The notes under the pieces are model-generated. The model was not told where the DNA came from, made no database searches, and worked only from the letters and a program-made list of their open reading frames with translations. Both the position numbers and the translations under genes were made by a program. Below, piece by piece: positions 27,206 through 37,005 of a stretch of 64,000 nt of DNA. Numbering within the stretch: position 1 is the stretch's first letter; each line of letters starts with the position of its first letter. Source of the stretch: an uncultured Rhodocyclaceae bacterium (lineage in GTDB: Bacteria > Pseudomonadota > Gammaproteobacteria > Burkholderiales > Rhodocyclaceae); contig CAZRRI010000004.1 in NCBI GenBank assembly GCA_964602565.1, positions 4,668-68,667 on the forward strand, read 5' to 3'.

Positions 27206-27748
27206 TTACCGGGCTCGCCCACCGTCGGGGGAGGAGTCCGCCTGCATGGCGCCGACCGCCGCGTCGACGGCGGGCACGGATTCGCCACGCAGGATGCGGC
27301 CGAGCAGTTCCTCGTCCACCAGGTCCTGCCGCGCCTCCGGCTGCACCGGGGTCAGCACGCGCTCGAGAAATCCGGCGGCCTCCGCCAGGGCCGCCGAGTG
27401 GCTCGGGAAACCCCGCATCGGCGAATGCACGGAATGCATCTGGAAGGTGCCGAGATCATCCACGCGATTGACCAGAAAGCGGAATATTCCGCCGGGGAAG
27501 CCGTGCGCCTGCTTGTCGCCAAGCGCCATGGATGCCCAGTCGTCATCCGGCCCGGGGAACAGCACGAGGCTCATCATCCAGGGCGTCACCAGCATGCCGA
27601 GGGTACGTCCCTGCCAGGACTGGAAGCCGAGCGTCGCGACTTCGAGCGCCTCGTTGAGCAGCGGCAGGCCGGCCATCTGCTCGCGATGGATGCGCTCGAA
27701 GGACGCCGCGACGCCCGCCGCCCGCACCTCCGGTGATATTGCCATCAT
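27206..27748 (-). CDS. hybE: HybE-like hydrogenase assembly chaperone
   Basis: ATG at 27748. Motif LVTPWMMSLVLFPGPDDDW matches the E. coli HybE ITPWMLSAVIFPGPD region. Confidence 0.65.
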   Translation of the reverse strand: MMAISPEVRAAGVAASFERIHREQMAGLPLLNEALEVATLGFQSWQGRTLGMLVTPWMMSLVLFPGPDDDWASMALGDKQAHGFPGGIFRFLVNRVDDLGTFQMHSVHSPMRGFPSHSAALAEAAGFLERVLTPVQPEARQDLVDEELLGRILRGESVPAVDAAVGAMQADSSPDGGRAR

Positions 27749-28026
27749 GCCTGCACCTCGCGGCCGAAGCCGGGAAAGTGGAGGTCGACGTCGATGTTCT
27801 CGACGCCGTCCATGATCTTCTGCAAACCGTCCAGCGCCAGGTCGATCTCGCGCGCATGCTCCTCGCTGATCACTTCGCGCGCCCAGCCGAGGAAGTTCAG
27901 CACCCATGCGCCGGCCGGCTGCTGGCCGACGAGCAGCATGTTGACCTCTTCCTCGCCGTTGCGGCCCCGGCACAAGGCCGTGAATTCGCCGGCGCGGACG
28001 ATCTGCATGGGCAGCGCTATGCACAT
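27745..28026 (-). CDS. hybG: HypC/HybG-family chaperone (operon-specific)
   Basis: MCIALPMQIV N-terminus. 93 aa. Located directly after the protease gene. Confidence 0.8.
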   Translation of the reverse strand: MCIALPMQIVRAGEFTALCRGRNGEEEVNMLLVGQQPAGAWVLNFLGWAREVISEEHAREIDLALDGLQKIMDGVENIDVDLHFPGFGREVQA

Positions 28027-28595
28027 GCCGCCACGCCCTCCGCAAGCTCCAGTTCGGCCTGGCGGCGCCAGTGGCCGGCATGCACTTCATCGCGCGGCGT
28101 GACGATGATGCCGAGGCGCGCGAGTTCATCCACGAGCATCCGCACCATGTCGTCCAGGCCCGCCGCCGCCGGAGCGCTCAAGCCCAGGCGGTTCTCCAGC
28201 ACATGCGGCACCATGCCGATGATGGCGACATGACGCGGCGTTTCGCCCTTGAACGCCAGCAGGGCGAGCAGGTCCGAGAGTCCCAACTGGTGATTGGACA
28301 GCTTGGTCTGGAAGAAGGCGCGGATTTCCTCGTTGGCGATGCGCACCAGCGTTCCCGCCGGACGATCGGCGTTCACGGCGTCGGCGATGATCAGGCAATC
28401 GGCGTTGCGCATCGGCTCGAAAAGCTCCATGCCGGTGGTGCCGCCATCCATCAGCCGGACGTTCGCCGGCAGATCGTAGCGCGCCTCCAGTTCCTCGACG
28501 GCGCGCACGCCGATACCCTCGTCCTGCATGAGCACGTTGCCCATGCCGATCACCAGAACACCGGCGTCCCGCCGCGACTGACTTTCGCCAGCCAC
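28017..28595 (-). CDS. hybD: Hydrogenase maturation endopeptidase (HybD/HoxM type)
   Basis: VLVIGMGNVLMQDEGIGVRAVEEL motif. The GTG start immediately follows the large-subunit stop. Confidence 0.85.
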   Translation of the reverse strand: MAGESQSRRDAGVLVIGMGNVLMQDEGIGVRAVEELEARYDLPANVRLMDGGTTGMELFEPMRNADCLIIADAVNADRPAGTLVRIANEEIRAFFQTKLSNHQLGLSDLLALLAFKGETPRHVAIIGMVPHVLENRLGLSAPAAAGLDDMVRMLVDELARLGIIVTPRDEVHAGHWRRQAELELAEGVAACA

Positions 28596-30296
28596 TTAGA
28601 GCGCCTTCACCTTGACGATCGGCCGCTGTTCGTTGTCGAACATATGGATGGCGCAGGCGATGCACGGATCGAAGGAATGCACCGTGCGCAGCACTTCCAG
28701 CGGCCGCTCGGGATCGGCGATCGGGTTGTTCATCAGCGACGACTCGTAGGGACCGATCTGGTCGTTGGCGTCGCGCGGGCCGGCGTTCCAAGTGCTCGGC
28801 ACCACCGCCTGGTAGTTCTTGATCTTGCCGTTCTCGATCACCACCCAGTGCGACAGCGTGCCGCGCGGCGCCTGGTGGAAGCCGACGCCCTTGATCTCGC
28901 CCTTCGGGAACGACGGCGGGTTGAACGTCGTCTGCTCCTTGCCGATGTTGTCGACCAGCTTCTGCCACTGATCCTTCAGCGTGTCCATCATCACCGCGCA
29001 GCGGATGGCGCGCGCCGCATGGCGGCCGATGGTCGATTGCAGCGCCGTCAGCGGCACGTCGTTGAGCTTGCCCACCGCCTTGAGCGTGCCGATCGCATGG
29101 TTGAGATACTTGACGTAACGCTTGTTGCCGGCGGCCACGCCGTTATGCACGTCGGCCAGCGGCCCCACTTCGCAGCGCTTGCCGTAGAAGGTCGGCGCCT
29201 TGACCCAGGAGTACTTGCCGTTTTCCTGGAAGTCGGTGTACTGCGGTTCGGTCTCGCCCTGCCAGGGATGCAGCGCCTTCTCGCCGGTGTACCACGCGTG
29301 CTTGGAACTCTCCTCGACGCCATCGCGGAAGTATTCGTCGTTGAATGTCGAGATCGGCTTGAAGGTCTTCAGATCGCCGCCGGCGATGTAGCCGCCGGGC
29401 AGGTCGAACACCGTGCCCTTGGTGTCCTGCGGGCAATCCGGCACGGTCAGGTAATTGGTGACGCCGCCGCCGTATTTCGTCCAGTCGAGATAGAACGCGC
29501 CGATCGCCGGCACGTCGGTCAGGTAGGTCGACTTGACGAACTGGTCGAGCTTGTCGATGAAACCCTTGACCAGCATCAGGCGCTCGATGTTGAGCACCGA
29601 GGGCGCGTCGTGGCTGACCGAATTCGACACGCCGCCGACCGCCACGTTCTGGATGTGCGGGCTCTTGCCGCCGAGGATGGCGACGATCTTGTTGGCCAGG
29701 TTCTGCACGTCGAGCGCCTGCATGTAATGGGCGACGGCGAGCAGATTGACGTCCGGCGGCAGCTTCATCGCCGGATGTCCCCAGAAGCCGCTGGCGAACG
29801 GCCCCAGCTGGCCGCTGCCGACGAAGGTCTTGAGGCGTTCCTGGACCGCCTTCATCTCGTGCGGGCCGTTGAGCGGCCAGTCGGAGAGCGACTCGGCCAG
29901 CTTCGCGGTGGTCACCGGGTCGGCCTTGAGCGCGGAGGTCACATCCACCCAATCCACCGCCGACAGGTGGTAGAAGTGCACGATATGGTCCTGGATCGCG
30001 TGCGCCGTCTGGATGATGTTGCGGATCAGCTGCGCATTGACCGGAATCTCCAGCTGCAGGGCGTTCTCCACCGCGCGCACCGACGTGATGGCGTGCACCG
30101 TGGTGCACACGCCGCAGAAGCGCTGCGTGTAGGACCAGGCCTCGCGCGGGTCGCGGCCCACCAGGATCTTCTCGATGCCGCGCCACATCTGGCCCGACGA
30201 CCAGGCCTTGGTGACTCGACCGTTATCGACTTCGACGTCGATGCGCAGGTGACCCTCGATGCGGGTGATGGGATCGACAGTGATGCGTTTTGCCAC
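28596..30296 (-). CDS. hybC: [NiFe] uptake hydrogenase large subunit (Hyb/group 1 type)
   Basis: RITVDPITRIEGH, RFCGVCTTVH and C-terminal DPCIACAIH followed by a 15-aa cleavable extension. I prefer the GTG start at 30296, preceded by AAGGAG, over the longer ORF start at 30344, which overlaps hybB. Confidence 0.9.
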   Translation of the reverse strand: MAKRITVDPITRIEGHLRIDVEVDNGRVTKAWSSGQMWRGIEKILVGRDPREAWSYTQRFCGVCTTVHAITSVRAVENALQLEIPVNAQLIRNIIQTAHAIQDHIVHFYHLSAVDWVDVTSALKADPVTTAKLAESLSDWPLNGPHEMKAVQERLKTFVGSGQLGPFASGFWGHPAMKLPPDVNLLAVAHYMQALDVQNLANKIVAILGGKSPHIQNVAVGGVSNSVSHDAPSVLNIERLMLVKGFIDKLDQFVKSTYLTDVPAIGAFYLDWTKYGGGVTNYLTVPDCPQDTKGTVFDLPGGYIAGGDLKTFKPISTFNDEYFRDGVEESSKHAWYTGEKALHPWQGETEPQYTDFQENGKYSWVKAPTFYGKRCEVGPLADVHNGVAAGNKRYVKYLNHAIGTLKAVGKLNDVPLTALQSTIGRHAARAIRCAVMMDTLKDQWQKLVDNIGKEQTTFNPPSFPKGEIKGVGFHQAPRGTLSHWVVIENGKIKNYQAVVPSTWNAGPRDANDQIGPYESSLMNNPIADPERPLEVLRTVHSFDPCIACAIHMFDNEQRPIVKVKAL

Positions 30297-30321
30297 GGAA
30301 GTCTCCTTTGCGTTGTCTGGT

Positions 30322-31497
30322 TCAGGCGGCGGCGTGCTCTTCACGCGGCAGCACCGGGAATTTCTTGATGATGAAGAGGTAAAGGGCGATCTCCGTCGCG
30401 ATCGTCGCCACCGTCATGATCAGTTCCGGCAGGGCCGGGAAGTAGCTGTAGCCCGGGCCGGGGTTGTAGGTGATCAGGAAGGCGTCGAATCGGTAGAGCG
30501 AGCCGGCGAGGAGCATGCTGACCGCGGCAAAGAGCAGGTGCCTGCCGTTCTCGCGCTTCACCGGGGACGCCAGCACGGCCAGCGGATAGGCGAACAGCGC
30601 GGTCTCGATCCAGAACATCAGGCTGCCGAGGTCGAGGGCGAACATCGCGCCGAGCTTGCCGGCGATCGCCAGGTAGGCGAAGCGGATCACCAGGAAGGCG
30701 GAGATCAGCCCCATGATGATCCTGCCCAGGCCGGAGAACAGATGCGTCTCCGGATGGCGCTTGAAGCCGGTGGTCAGGAGCGAGCCCTCGAAGATGACGA
30801 TGGCGAAGCCCATGGTGAAGGCCGACAGCACGGCCAGCAGCGGCTGGATGTGCAGGGTCTGCCAGAGCGGATGCACCTTGTAGCCCATGGCGATCAGGAA
30901 GCTGCCCAGCGAGGACTGGTGCATGGTCGGCAGCAGGATGCCGAGGGCGATGAAGAAGAACAGCATCTTGTCGAGCCGGCCGCGCCAGGCGTCCGCCTTC
31001 ATTTGCCACCCGGTCTGCCTGCGCAGCCACTCGAGCACCGTCGGCGAGAACTCGATCGCCAGCACGAGCACGTAGGTCGCCACGCAAAGGCCGACCTCCA
31101 GCATCACGGAATGCGTGTTCATCTGCCAGGGCAGGAACATGTTGTAGGCATTCCAGTAGCGCCCCATGTCCACGAACGCGCCGAGGGCCGCGAAGCCGTA
31201 GCCGAGCAGGCTGGTCGCCAGCGCGGGACGGATCAGCGGATGGTACTTGCCCTTGTTGAAGAGATAGACGGTCACCGCCAGCGCATAGCCGCCGCAGGCC
31301 AGCGCCGTGCCGACGACGATGTCGTAGACCACCCAGATCCCCCACGGATAGCCGCCGCTCAGGTTGGCGACGGTACCGATGCCGGTGACGAAACGTATCA
31401 CCAGGAATACCGCGCCGATCGCCGCGATGGCGAGCATGAGCAGGAAGAAGGGCGTGAACAGCGGCCGGTTGTCGAGCGCCTGATAACGGTGGTTCAT
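30322..31497 (-). CDS. hybB: Hydrogenase membrane anchor (HybB/NrfD-like polytopic subunit)
   Basis: Start at ATG 31497 (MNHRYQALDNRPLF), about 391 aa, roughly 10 TM helices. Positioned between hybA and hybC as in Hyd-2 operons. Confidence 0.8.
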   Translation of the reverse strand: MNHRYQALDNRPLFTPFFLLMLAIAAIGAVFLVIRFVTGIGTVANLSGGYPWGIWVVYDIVVGTALACGGYALAVTVYLFNKGKYHPLIRPALATSLLGYGFAALGAFVDMGRYWNAYNMFLPWQMNTHSVMLEVGLCVATYVLVLAIEFSPTVLEWLRRQTGWQMKADAWRGRLDKMLFFFIALGILLPTMHQSSLGSFLIAMGYKVHPLWQTLHIQPLLAVLSAFTMGFAIVIFEGSLLTTGFKRHPETHLFSGLGRIIMGLISAFLVIRFAYLAIAGKLGAMFALDLGSLMFWIETALFAYPLAVLASPVKRENGRHLLFAAVSMLLAGSLYRFDAFLITYNPGPGYSYFPALPELIMTVATIATEIALYLFIIKKFPVLPREEHAAA

Positions 31498-32477
31498 TCC
31501 TGGCCCCCTTTCCTGTCGCTTTCCGTGTTGCGCTTCACCAGCCACGTGAAGCCGCCGAGCGCGATCGCCGGCAGGGCGAGGTAGCTGTAGAGCGTGCTTT
31601 GCACGCCTTCCGAGATCGAGGCGTAGGAGCGCTCGGGCAGCGGCGGCATGCCGAGCTTATCGTAGGGAATGGACGAGAGGTGCATGACATTGGTACCGCC
31701 GGCCTCCTTCTCTCCCCAGACGGTCCGCTGATACTCCGGCGCGGCCTTCTCGTGGAAACTGTCCGGCTTGCGGATGTCGCCGCGCGGATAGTTGTAGACC
31801 TCGCCCGGCTTGAGCGCCATCCGCCGTTTGGCCTCTTCCAGCAGCGCCGTGCGCGTGCCGAACAGCGTCGCGCCGGTGGGACAGGCTTCCGCGCAGCCGG
31901 TCATCATGCCCTTGTCGATGCGCTCCACGCCCTTCTGGTTGCACATCTGGCACTTGTGGATCTTGCCGAAGGCGTCGTTGTAGTCGTACTGCGGCACGTT
32001 GTAGGGGCAGCCGGTCATGCAGGTGCGGCAGCCGATGCAGACATCCGCGTCGTAGCCGACGATGCCGGTCCTGGGATGGCGGATCAGCGCCTTCACGGGA
32101 CAAACCGAGACGCAGCCCGGATCGACGCAGTGCATGCAACTGCGCTTCTCGAAGGCGAAGCCGTCGGCCAGGGCATCCTTGACGGCGCCCTTGCCCTCGG
32201 TGTGGATCTTGATGACGTTGAGCGTCTGCGCCGAGAGGTCGAGGGCGAAATCGGCATGAACGTCGCCGCCCATCGGCACCGGGGGCATGCCATTGACTTC
32301 CTTGCACTTCGTCACGCAGGCCTTGCAGCCGACGCACAGCGTCGCGTCGAAGAGCATGCCGACGGCTTCCGGCGCCGGATCGAGATTAGGCCTGGCCCGC
32401 GCGCCCGTGCTCGCCACCGCCGCCGCCGACGCCACGGTGGCGCCCAGCGAGGCTTTGAAAAAGTTTCGGCGGTCCAT
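31494..32477 (-). CDS. hybA: Hydrogenase 4x[4Fe-4S] ferredoxin-type subunit (HybA-like), Tat-exported
   Basis: The ATG at 32477 gives the Tat signal MDRRNFFKASLGA. Multiple CxxCxxCxxxCP motifs and a C-terminal TM anchor. Confidence 0.85.
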   Translation of the reverse strand: MDRRNFFKASLGATVASAAAVASTGARARPNLDPAPEAVGMLFDATLCVGCKACVTKCKEVNGMPPVPMGGDVHADFALDLSAQTLNVIKIHTEGKGAVKDALADGFAFEKRSCMHCVDPGCVSVCPVKALIRHPRTGIVGYDADVCIGCRTCMTGCPYNVPQYDYNDAFGKIHKCQMCNQKGVERIDKGMMTGCAEACPTGATLFGTRTALLEEAKRRMALKPGEVYNYPRGDIRKPDSFHEKAAPEYQRTVWGEKEAGGTNVMHLSSIPYDKLGMPPLPERSYASISEGVQSTLYSYLALPAIALGGFTWLVKRNTESDRKGGQE

Positions 32478-32479
32478 GA

Positions 32480-33640
32480 TCAGGCTCCCTTGTCGCCCGA
32501 TTGACTCGTCTCCTGCTTGCCATCCAGTTTCTTGCCGGTCGCGGCCGTCGCGCCCAGCAGGACGCCCACCACCGCGCCGGCCACGGCCGCGGCGGCGGCC
32601 ACGGTGGACGACGCCGGCTCCTGCCGATCGGCGATGTTCGGGAAGGCGTTGGGCGGCGTATGGGTCTTGACCTCGGCGAGGCTGAACATCGGCTTGTTGA
32701 AGCCCGTGCCCTGCTCGGAGCAGCCGAAGCACGGATGCCCGACGCCGATCGGCCACACGTTGCCGCCGATGTTGTTGTATTCGAGGCTCGGACAGTTGTT
32801 GTAGGTTTCCGGCCCCTTGCAGCCGAGCTTGTACAGGCACCAGCCCTGGCGATGGCCTTCGTCGCCGAACTGCGTGGCGAAGCGGCCGGCGTCGAAGTGC
32901 GGACGGCGGTAGCAGTTCTCGTGGATCAGCCTGCCATAGGCCCACTTCGGCCGGCCCTTGTCGTCGATGGGCGGCAGCTTGCCGTACGTGACGAAGTAGA
33001 GCACCGTGCCGAGGAAGTTGGCCGGATTGGGCGGGCAGCCGGGGATGGTCACCACCGTCTTGCCCTGGAGGAACTGTGGCGCGCCGGTGGCGCCGGTCGG
33101 GTTTGGCGAAGCGGATTGCACGCCGCCCCAGCTGGCGCAGGAACCGAAGGCGACGATGGCGGCGGCCCCCTCGGCCGCCTCGCGCGTGGCGTCCATCATG
33201 GTCTGGCCGCCGATCTTGCAGAAGATGCCGTTCTGCGCCGTCGGAATCGCGCCCTCGATCACGAGCAGGTACTTGCCGTGGTGCTTCTTCATGGCCTCGC
33301 GCTTGATCTCCTCGACGCGATGACCGGCGCCGGCATCGAGCGTCTGGTGGTAGTCGAGCGAAATGAGATCGAGGATCAGGTGCTCGAAGCTCGGCTGCTC
33401 GGAACGCAGCAGAGACTCGGTCGGACCGGTGCACTCCTGGCCGTGCAGCCAGATCACCGGCGGCCGCATCGGGCTGGCGATGGCCTTGGCCATGGCCATG
33501 GCCGCCTGGGTGCCGAGCCCGAAGGAGGCGGCAATGCCGGTGCAGAACTTCAGGAAAGTACGGCGCGATACGCCGAGCCGACGCTCGACAGCCGAAAAAT
33601 CAGTGGGATCGTCGATTGCCACATCCGGTTTTCTGGTCAC
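32480..33640 (-). CDS. hybO: [NiFe] uptake hydrogenase small subunit, Tat signal
   Basis: GTG start preceded by AAGGAGG. Twin-arginine SRRTFLKF, WLHGQECTG and a C-terminal TM anchor. Confidence 0.9.
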   Translation of the reverse strand: MTRKPDVAIDDPTDFSAVERRLGVSRRTFLKFCTGIAASFGLGTQAAMAMAKAIASPMRPPVIWLHGQECTGPTESLLRSEQPSFEHLILDLISLDYHQTLDAGAGHRVEEIKREAMKKHHGKYLLVIEGAIPTAQNGIFCKIGGQTMMDATREAAEGAAAIVAFGSCASWGGVQSASPNPTGATGAPQFLQGKTVVTIPGCPPNPANFLGTVLYFVTYGKLPPIDDKGRPKWAYGRLIHENCYRRPHFDAGRFATQFGDEGHRQGWCLYKLGCKGPETYNNCPSLEYNNIGGNVWPIGVGHPCFGCSEQGTGFNKPMFSLAEVKTHTPPNAFPNIADRQEPASSTVAAAAAVAGAVVGVLLGATAATGKKLDGKQETSQSGDKGA

Positions 33641-33745
33641 GGGAATGTTCCTCCTTGAATCCCTGCATGGTGGTTGTCAGTTCGTGTGGATGACAGGGCG
33701 CGTCGTCAGATGGACGGTTTCCGACCGAACGCTTGAGAAAGCCCG

Positions 33746-33761
33746 TGCAAGTTGGATGCCA
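33746..33761 (-). promoter_or_regulatory. Sigma-54 (-24/-12) promoter upstream of hybO
   Basis: The minus strand reads TGGCAT-CCAAC-TTGCA, against the consensus TGGCAC-N5-TTGCW. It lies about 105 nt upstream of the hybO start. A sigma-54 activator (hoxA) is encoded nearby. Confidence 0.55.
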
Positions 33762-33835
33762 CTGCGCCGCAGCATCGCCAAGCCCATGATCCGGCGATGA
33801 ATTACTAAGGGAAGGCAGCCGAAACAAATGACGAA

Positions 33836-33888
33836 GGTGGAATTTAACCTTCCATCTTTACACGCAGAATGGAAGGAGTTATTCCACC
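33836..33888 (-). terminator. Imperfect long hairpin overlapping the hoxJ stop codon
   Basis: GGTGGAAT-TTAA-CCTTCCAT pairs with ATGGAAGG-AGTT-ATTCCACC, with a 13-nt loop. A moderately T-rich tract follows on the minus strand. It could be a terminator or an activator binding site. Confidence 0.3.
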
Positions 33889-35252
33889 CGCTGCCCGGAT
33901 GGCCGCAACACCGGCAACACCAGGGTGAACACCGCGCCGCCGCCGGGCGCGTTCTCGACGCTCAAGGTGCCGCCATGCCGCTCGACGATGCCGTAGCTGA
34001 TGGCAAGCCCGAGACCGGTGCCCTTGCCGACGGGCTTGGTGGTGAAGAACGGATCGAAGATGCGGCCAAGATTCGCCGGCGCGATGCCGGGGCCATTGTC
34101 GGCGAAGCGGATGCGCACGACCTTGCCCGCGACTTCCGCCGACACCTCCAGGCGGCCGTCGGCCCGGCCGGTGGTGGCGTCGCAGGCGTTATGCACCAGG
34201 TTCATCATCACCTGTTGCAGTTGTCCGGCGGAACCATTGACCTTGATGGAAGCCGGCAACTTCATGGTCACGCCAAAACTGCCGGGCGCCACCTTGCTGA
34301 CCCAATGCACGGCCCGCTCGACCACCGGCACCAGGTCGATCGGCTCCGGCAGGTCGCGATCGACGGCGGAAAAGCGCTTCAGGCCGTCGACGATTTCGCG
34401 CGTGCGCTCCGCGCCCTCGGCCGTGCCCTCGATCAGCGACGGCAGGTCGGCCAGCAGGCGGTCGATGCCCAGTTCCTCGCGCAGCGCGTCGATGCGTTCC
34501 CACGATTCCTTGCGCCGCACGGCGCCGAGGTATTCGTTCAGGCGGGTCGAGTAGCGCTTGAGCGCCAGCACGTTGCCGAACACGAAGCTGATCGGGTTGT
34601 TCAACTCGTGCGCGACGCCGGCGACCAGCCGGCCGAGGGACGCCATCTTCTCGGAATGCAGGAGCTGCTGCTGGGTACGCTTCAGGTCTTCGTGCGTCAG
34701 CCGCAGCGCCTTGTAGGCGCGCTGCAACTCGCCCACCGGCCGCCCCGTGATGACCACGCCGAGCATCTTGCCCATGGCGCTGTAGCGCGGCGTGCAATTG
34801 AGCGACACGGGAATCGCGCTGCCGTCCGCCGCGCGCAGCTGCATCTCGCAGTCGTGCAGCGTTTCGCCGACATGGCCGGCAAAGAAATGTTGCGCCTGCT
34901 GGCGCGAGCCCTCGTCGGCGAACAGGTCGAAGATGCGCCTGCCCTTGAGCGTTCCCTCGTCCTGGCCGGTCAGCTGCTGCAAGGACTGATTGACGTCCTC
35001 GATCACGCCGGCGCGGTTGCAGACCAGCAGCACGTCCGACATGGACGTCAGCACGGAAACGATGAACTGCTGCGACTCCTCGAGCGCCGCGTTCTTGTCC
35101 TCGAGCGCCACTTCGTATTGCAGCAGGTCGCTATAGACCTCGTCCATCTTCTGGATCACGTCCAGCCAGACGTCCTCGCTGGCGCCCGCACGCGCCGCCG
35201 CCACCAGCTGCTCGATACCCTCCGGTTTGGTTTTCTCGTCGCCCGTCGTCAT
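33879..35252 (-). CDS. hoxJ: PAS histidine kinase of the H2-sensing system (HoxJ/HupT-like)
   Basis: Start at ATG 35252 (MTTGDEKTK). PAS region, H-box AGVAHELNNPISF and a HATPase domain (GTGLGLAISY). The assignment to H2 sensing rests on the neighbourhood. Confidence 0.7.
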   Translation of the reverse strand: MTTGDEKTKPEGIEQLVAAARAGASEDVWLDVIQKMDEVYSDLLQYEVALEDKNAALEESQQFIVSVLTSMSDVLLVCNRAGVIEDVNQSLQQLTGQDEGTLKGRRIFDLFADEGSRQQAQHFFAGHVGETLHDCEMQLRAADGSAIPVSLNCTPRYSAMGKMLGVVITGRPVGELQRAYKALRLTHEDLKRTQQQLLHSEKMASLGRLVAGVAHELNNPISFVFGNVLALKRYSTRLNEYLGAVRRKESWERIDALREELGIDRLLADLPSLIEGTAEGAERTREIVDGLKRFSAVDRDLPEPIDLVPVVERAVHWVSKVAPGSFGVTMKLPASIKVNGSAGQLQQVMMNLVHNACDATTGRADGRLEVSAEVAGKVVRIRFADNGPGIAPANLGRIFDPFFTTKPVGKGTGLGLAISYGIVERHGGTLSVENAPGGGAVFTLVLPVLRPSGQRVE

Positions 35253-35305
35253 GCGGCGATTGTGGCACCCATTCGCCGCATGCGCCAAATCCCCGCCGCT
35301 GCTGA

Positions 35306-36082
35306 CTACCGATCGATCATTCCTAAGGCAAACCCGGCCAGCAGACCTTCGCCGATCCACTGCCCGAGCAGCGACGCGACCCAGGCGGCATCGCAACCGT
35401 TCCGCGCCTCGACCGCGGCGCAGACATCGGCGAAGCTGCCGCCTTCGGCCAGCGTTCGCAGCGCGGTCGCTTCGTCCTCGGCCGCCGTGCGCCAGCGGAT
35501 TTCCAGGCCCGCGCACCAGACGATCATCGCATGGACGTGCCGTTGCGGCTCCTCGGTTTCGGCGTTCTCGTCGGCGTTCAGCGCATGCCAGAGGGCCTCG
35601 ATGCCCCACTCCAGCGCCAGCATCCGGAACGAGGGGCAGAGCGTGAAGCGCAACTCCGGCCATTGCTCCGGCGCGATGCCGGCCAGATCCTCGAAGCGGA
35701 GCGGCGTCGCATCAGCGGCGTCGAATGCGCCGCGCATCGCCCAGTCCAGGCGAGCGATGTCGAGCAGCGCGGGGTGCGGAACGCTGCCGGGGTTGTCGCC
35801 GATGAACTCCGCGAGTCGGTCGCCGAACCAGCGGATCGAGCGGAAGCGGGAGGGATGGGCGTTCAGGTAGGCAGCGGCGAGTTCGCGGAAGGCGTCGTCG
35901 CCGAGCGCACGGTAGAGCACCGGGTAATTGTCGGCCAGCGCTTCGCGCAGCCGGCTCCAGTAGGCGTTGACATAGACCTCCAGGTGCCCGCACACGTCGT
36001 CCCGGAGGCCGTCCGCCGCCGCGTCCGGGCTGCCCGTCACATGGTCCTGGAAACGCTGTTGCAGCTCGGCGAGCCTGTTCAT
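35306..36082 (-). CDS. DUF2063 protein (BufC-like partner of the MNIO enzyme)
   Basis: The ATG at 36082 overlaps the upstream stop (ATGA). MNRLAELQQRFQDHV...YVNAYWSRLREAL...YLNAHPSRFRSIRWFG is the DUF2063 pattern. Confidence 0.75.
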   Translation of the reverse strand: MNRLAELQQRFQDHVTGSPDAAADGLRDDVCGHLEVYVNAYWSRLREALADNYPVLYRALGDDAFRELAAAYLNAHPSRFRSIRWFGDRLAEFIGDNPGSVPHPALLDIARLDWAMRGAFDAADATPLRFEDLAGIAPEQWPELRFTLCPSFRMLALEWGIEALWHALNADENAETEEPQRHVHAMIVWCAGLEIRWRTAAEDEATALRTLAEGGSFADVCAAVEARNGCDAAWVASLLGQWIGEGLLAGFALGMIDR

Positions 36083-36969
36083 GCGCAGGCCGCCTCCCGC
36101 TCCGGCCGGCAGACCGCCGCGGCGATGCGCCGGACCTGATCGAGTTCGGCGACCAGATCGGCCAGCGGCGGGATGTGGTCGTCGCGCTCGATCATGGTCG
36201 GCGCCCAGCCGATGCGCCGCAGGGTGTGGGCGTAGAGATCCCATACCGGATCGACGATCGGGTGGTCGTGGGTGTCGATGATGTAGTCGCCGTGGTCCTC
36301 GTGGCCGGCGAGGTGGATCTGGCGCACCGCCGCGGCCGGCACGGCATCGATGTAGTCGCGCGGCGCGAAGCCGTGGTTCACGCTGCTGACATAGACGTTG
36401 TTGACGTCGAGCAGCAGTTCGCAGCCGCTGCGCTTCACCAGTTCGCCGACGAAGTCCCACTCCGTGAGTTCGTCGCGGTGGAAGCTCACGTAGGTCGAGG
36501 CGTTTTCCAGGACCAGCGGGCGGCCGAGGAAATCCTGCACCTGCCCGACCCGCGCGACGAGGTGGTCCAGCGCCTGCCGCGTGCAGGGCATGGGCAGCAG
36601 GTCGTGCATGTTCAGCGAACGCGTGCCGGTCCAGCAGATGTGGTCGGAAATCCAGGCCGGCTCGATCCGTTGCGCGAGCCCGCGGATCTTCGCCAGATAA
36701 TCCATGTCGAGCGGATCGCTGCTGCCGATCGACAACGAGACGCCGTGCATCACCATCGGGTAGTCGCGGCGGATGCGATCGAGGTAATACAGCGGCTTGC
36801 CGCCGTCGACCAGATAGTTCTCGGAAATGATCTCCAGCCAATCGACCCGCTGCGGTGCGTCGATGAAGCCCTGGTAGTGCGGAATCCGCAAGCCAAGGCC
36901 GAAGCCGTCGAGCGTGCCGTTCCTGGTCGCCGGGCGAGCCGGCGCAGGGAAACCCTTCGCGGAATTCAT
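36079..36969 (-). CDS. DUF692 / MNIO-family (MbnB-like) multinuclear non-heme iron oxidase (BufB-like)
   Basis: GLGLRIPHY...DWLEIISENYL...MHGVSLSIGS is the UPF0276/DUF692 TIM-barrel signature. Confidence 0.85.
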   Translation of the reverse strand: MNSAKGFPAPARPATRNGTLDGFGLGLRIPHYQGFIDAPQRVDWLEIISENYLVDGGKPLYYLDRIRRDYPMVMHGVSLSIGSSDPLDMDYLAKIRGLAQRIEPAWISDHICWTGTRSLNMHDLLPMPCTRQALDHLVARVGQVQDFLGRPLVLENASTYVSFHRDELTEWDFVGELVKRSGCELLLDVNNVYVSSVNHGFAPRDYIDAVPAAAVRQIHLAGHEDHGDYIIDTHDHPIVDPVWDLYAHTLRRIGWAPTMIERDDHIPPLADLVAELDQVRRIAAAVCRPEREAACA

Positions 36970-37005
36970 GTCGTGTCTCCCTGGCCGTCGTCGCGAGGAT
37001 TGAAA

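Noticed and set aside
28071-30368. 765-aa ORF on the plus strand
   Set aside because: It is antisense to the hybC large subunit, which has unmistakable [NiFe] motifs. Its composition is Arg/Ala/Gly-rich and typical of spurious open frames in high-GC DNA. The same applies to other very long antisense ORFs, e.g. 53713-57201, 56700-59942, 52038-54296, 49526-52108 (except its 3' end) and 33828-35870.
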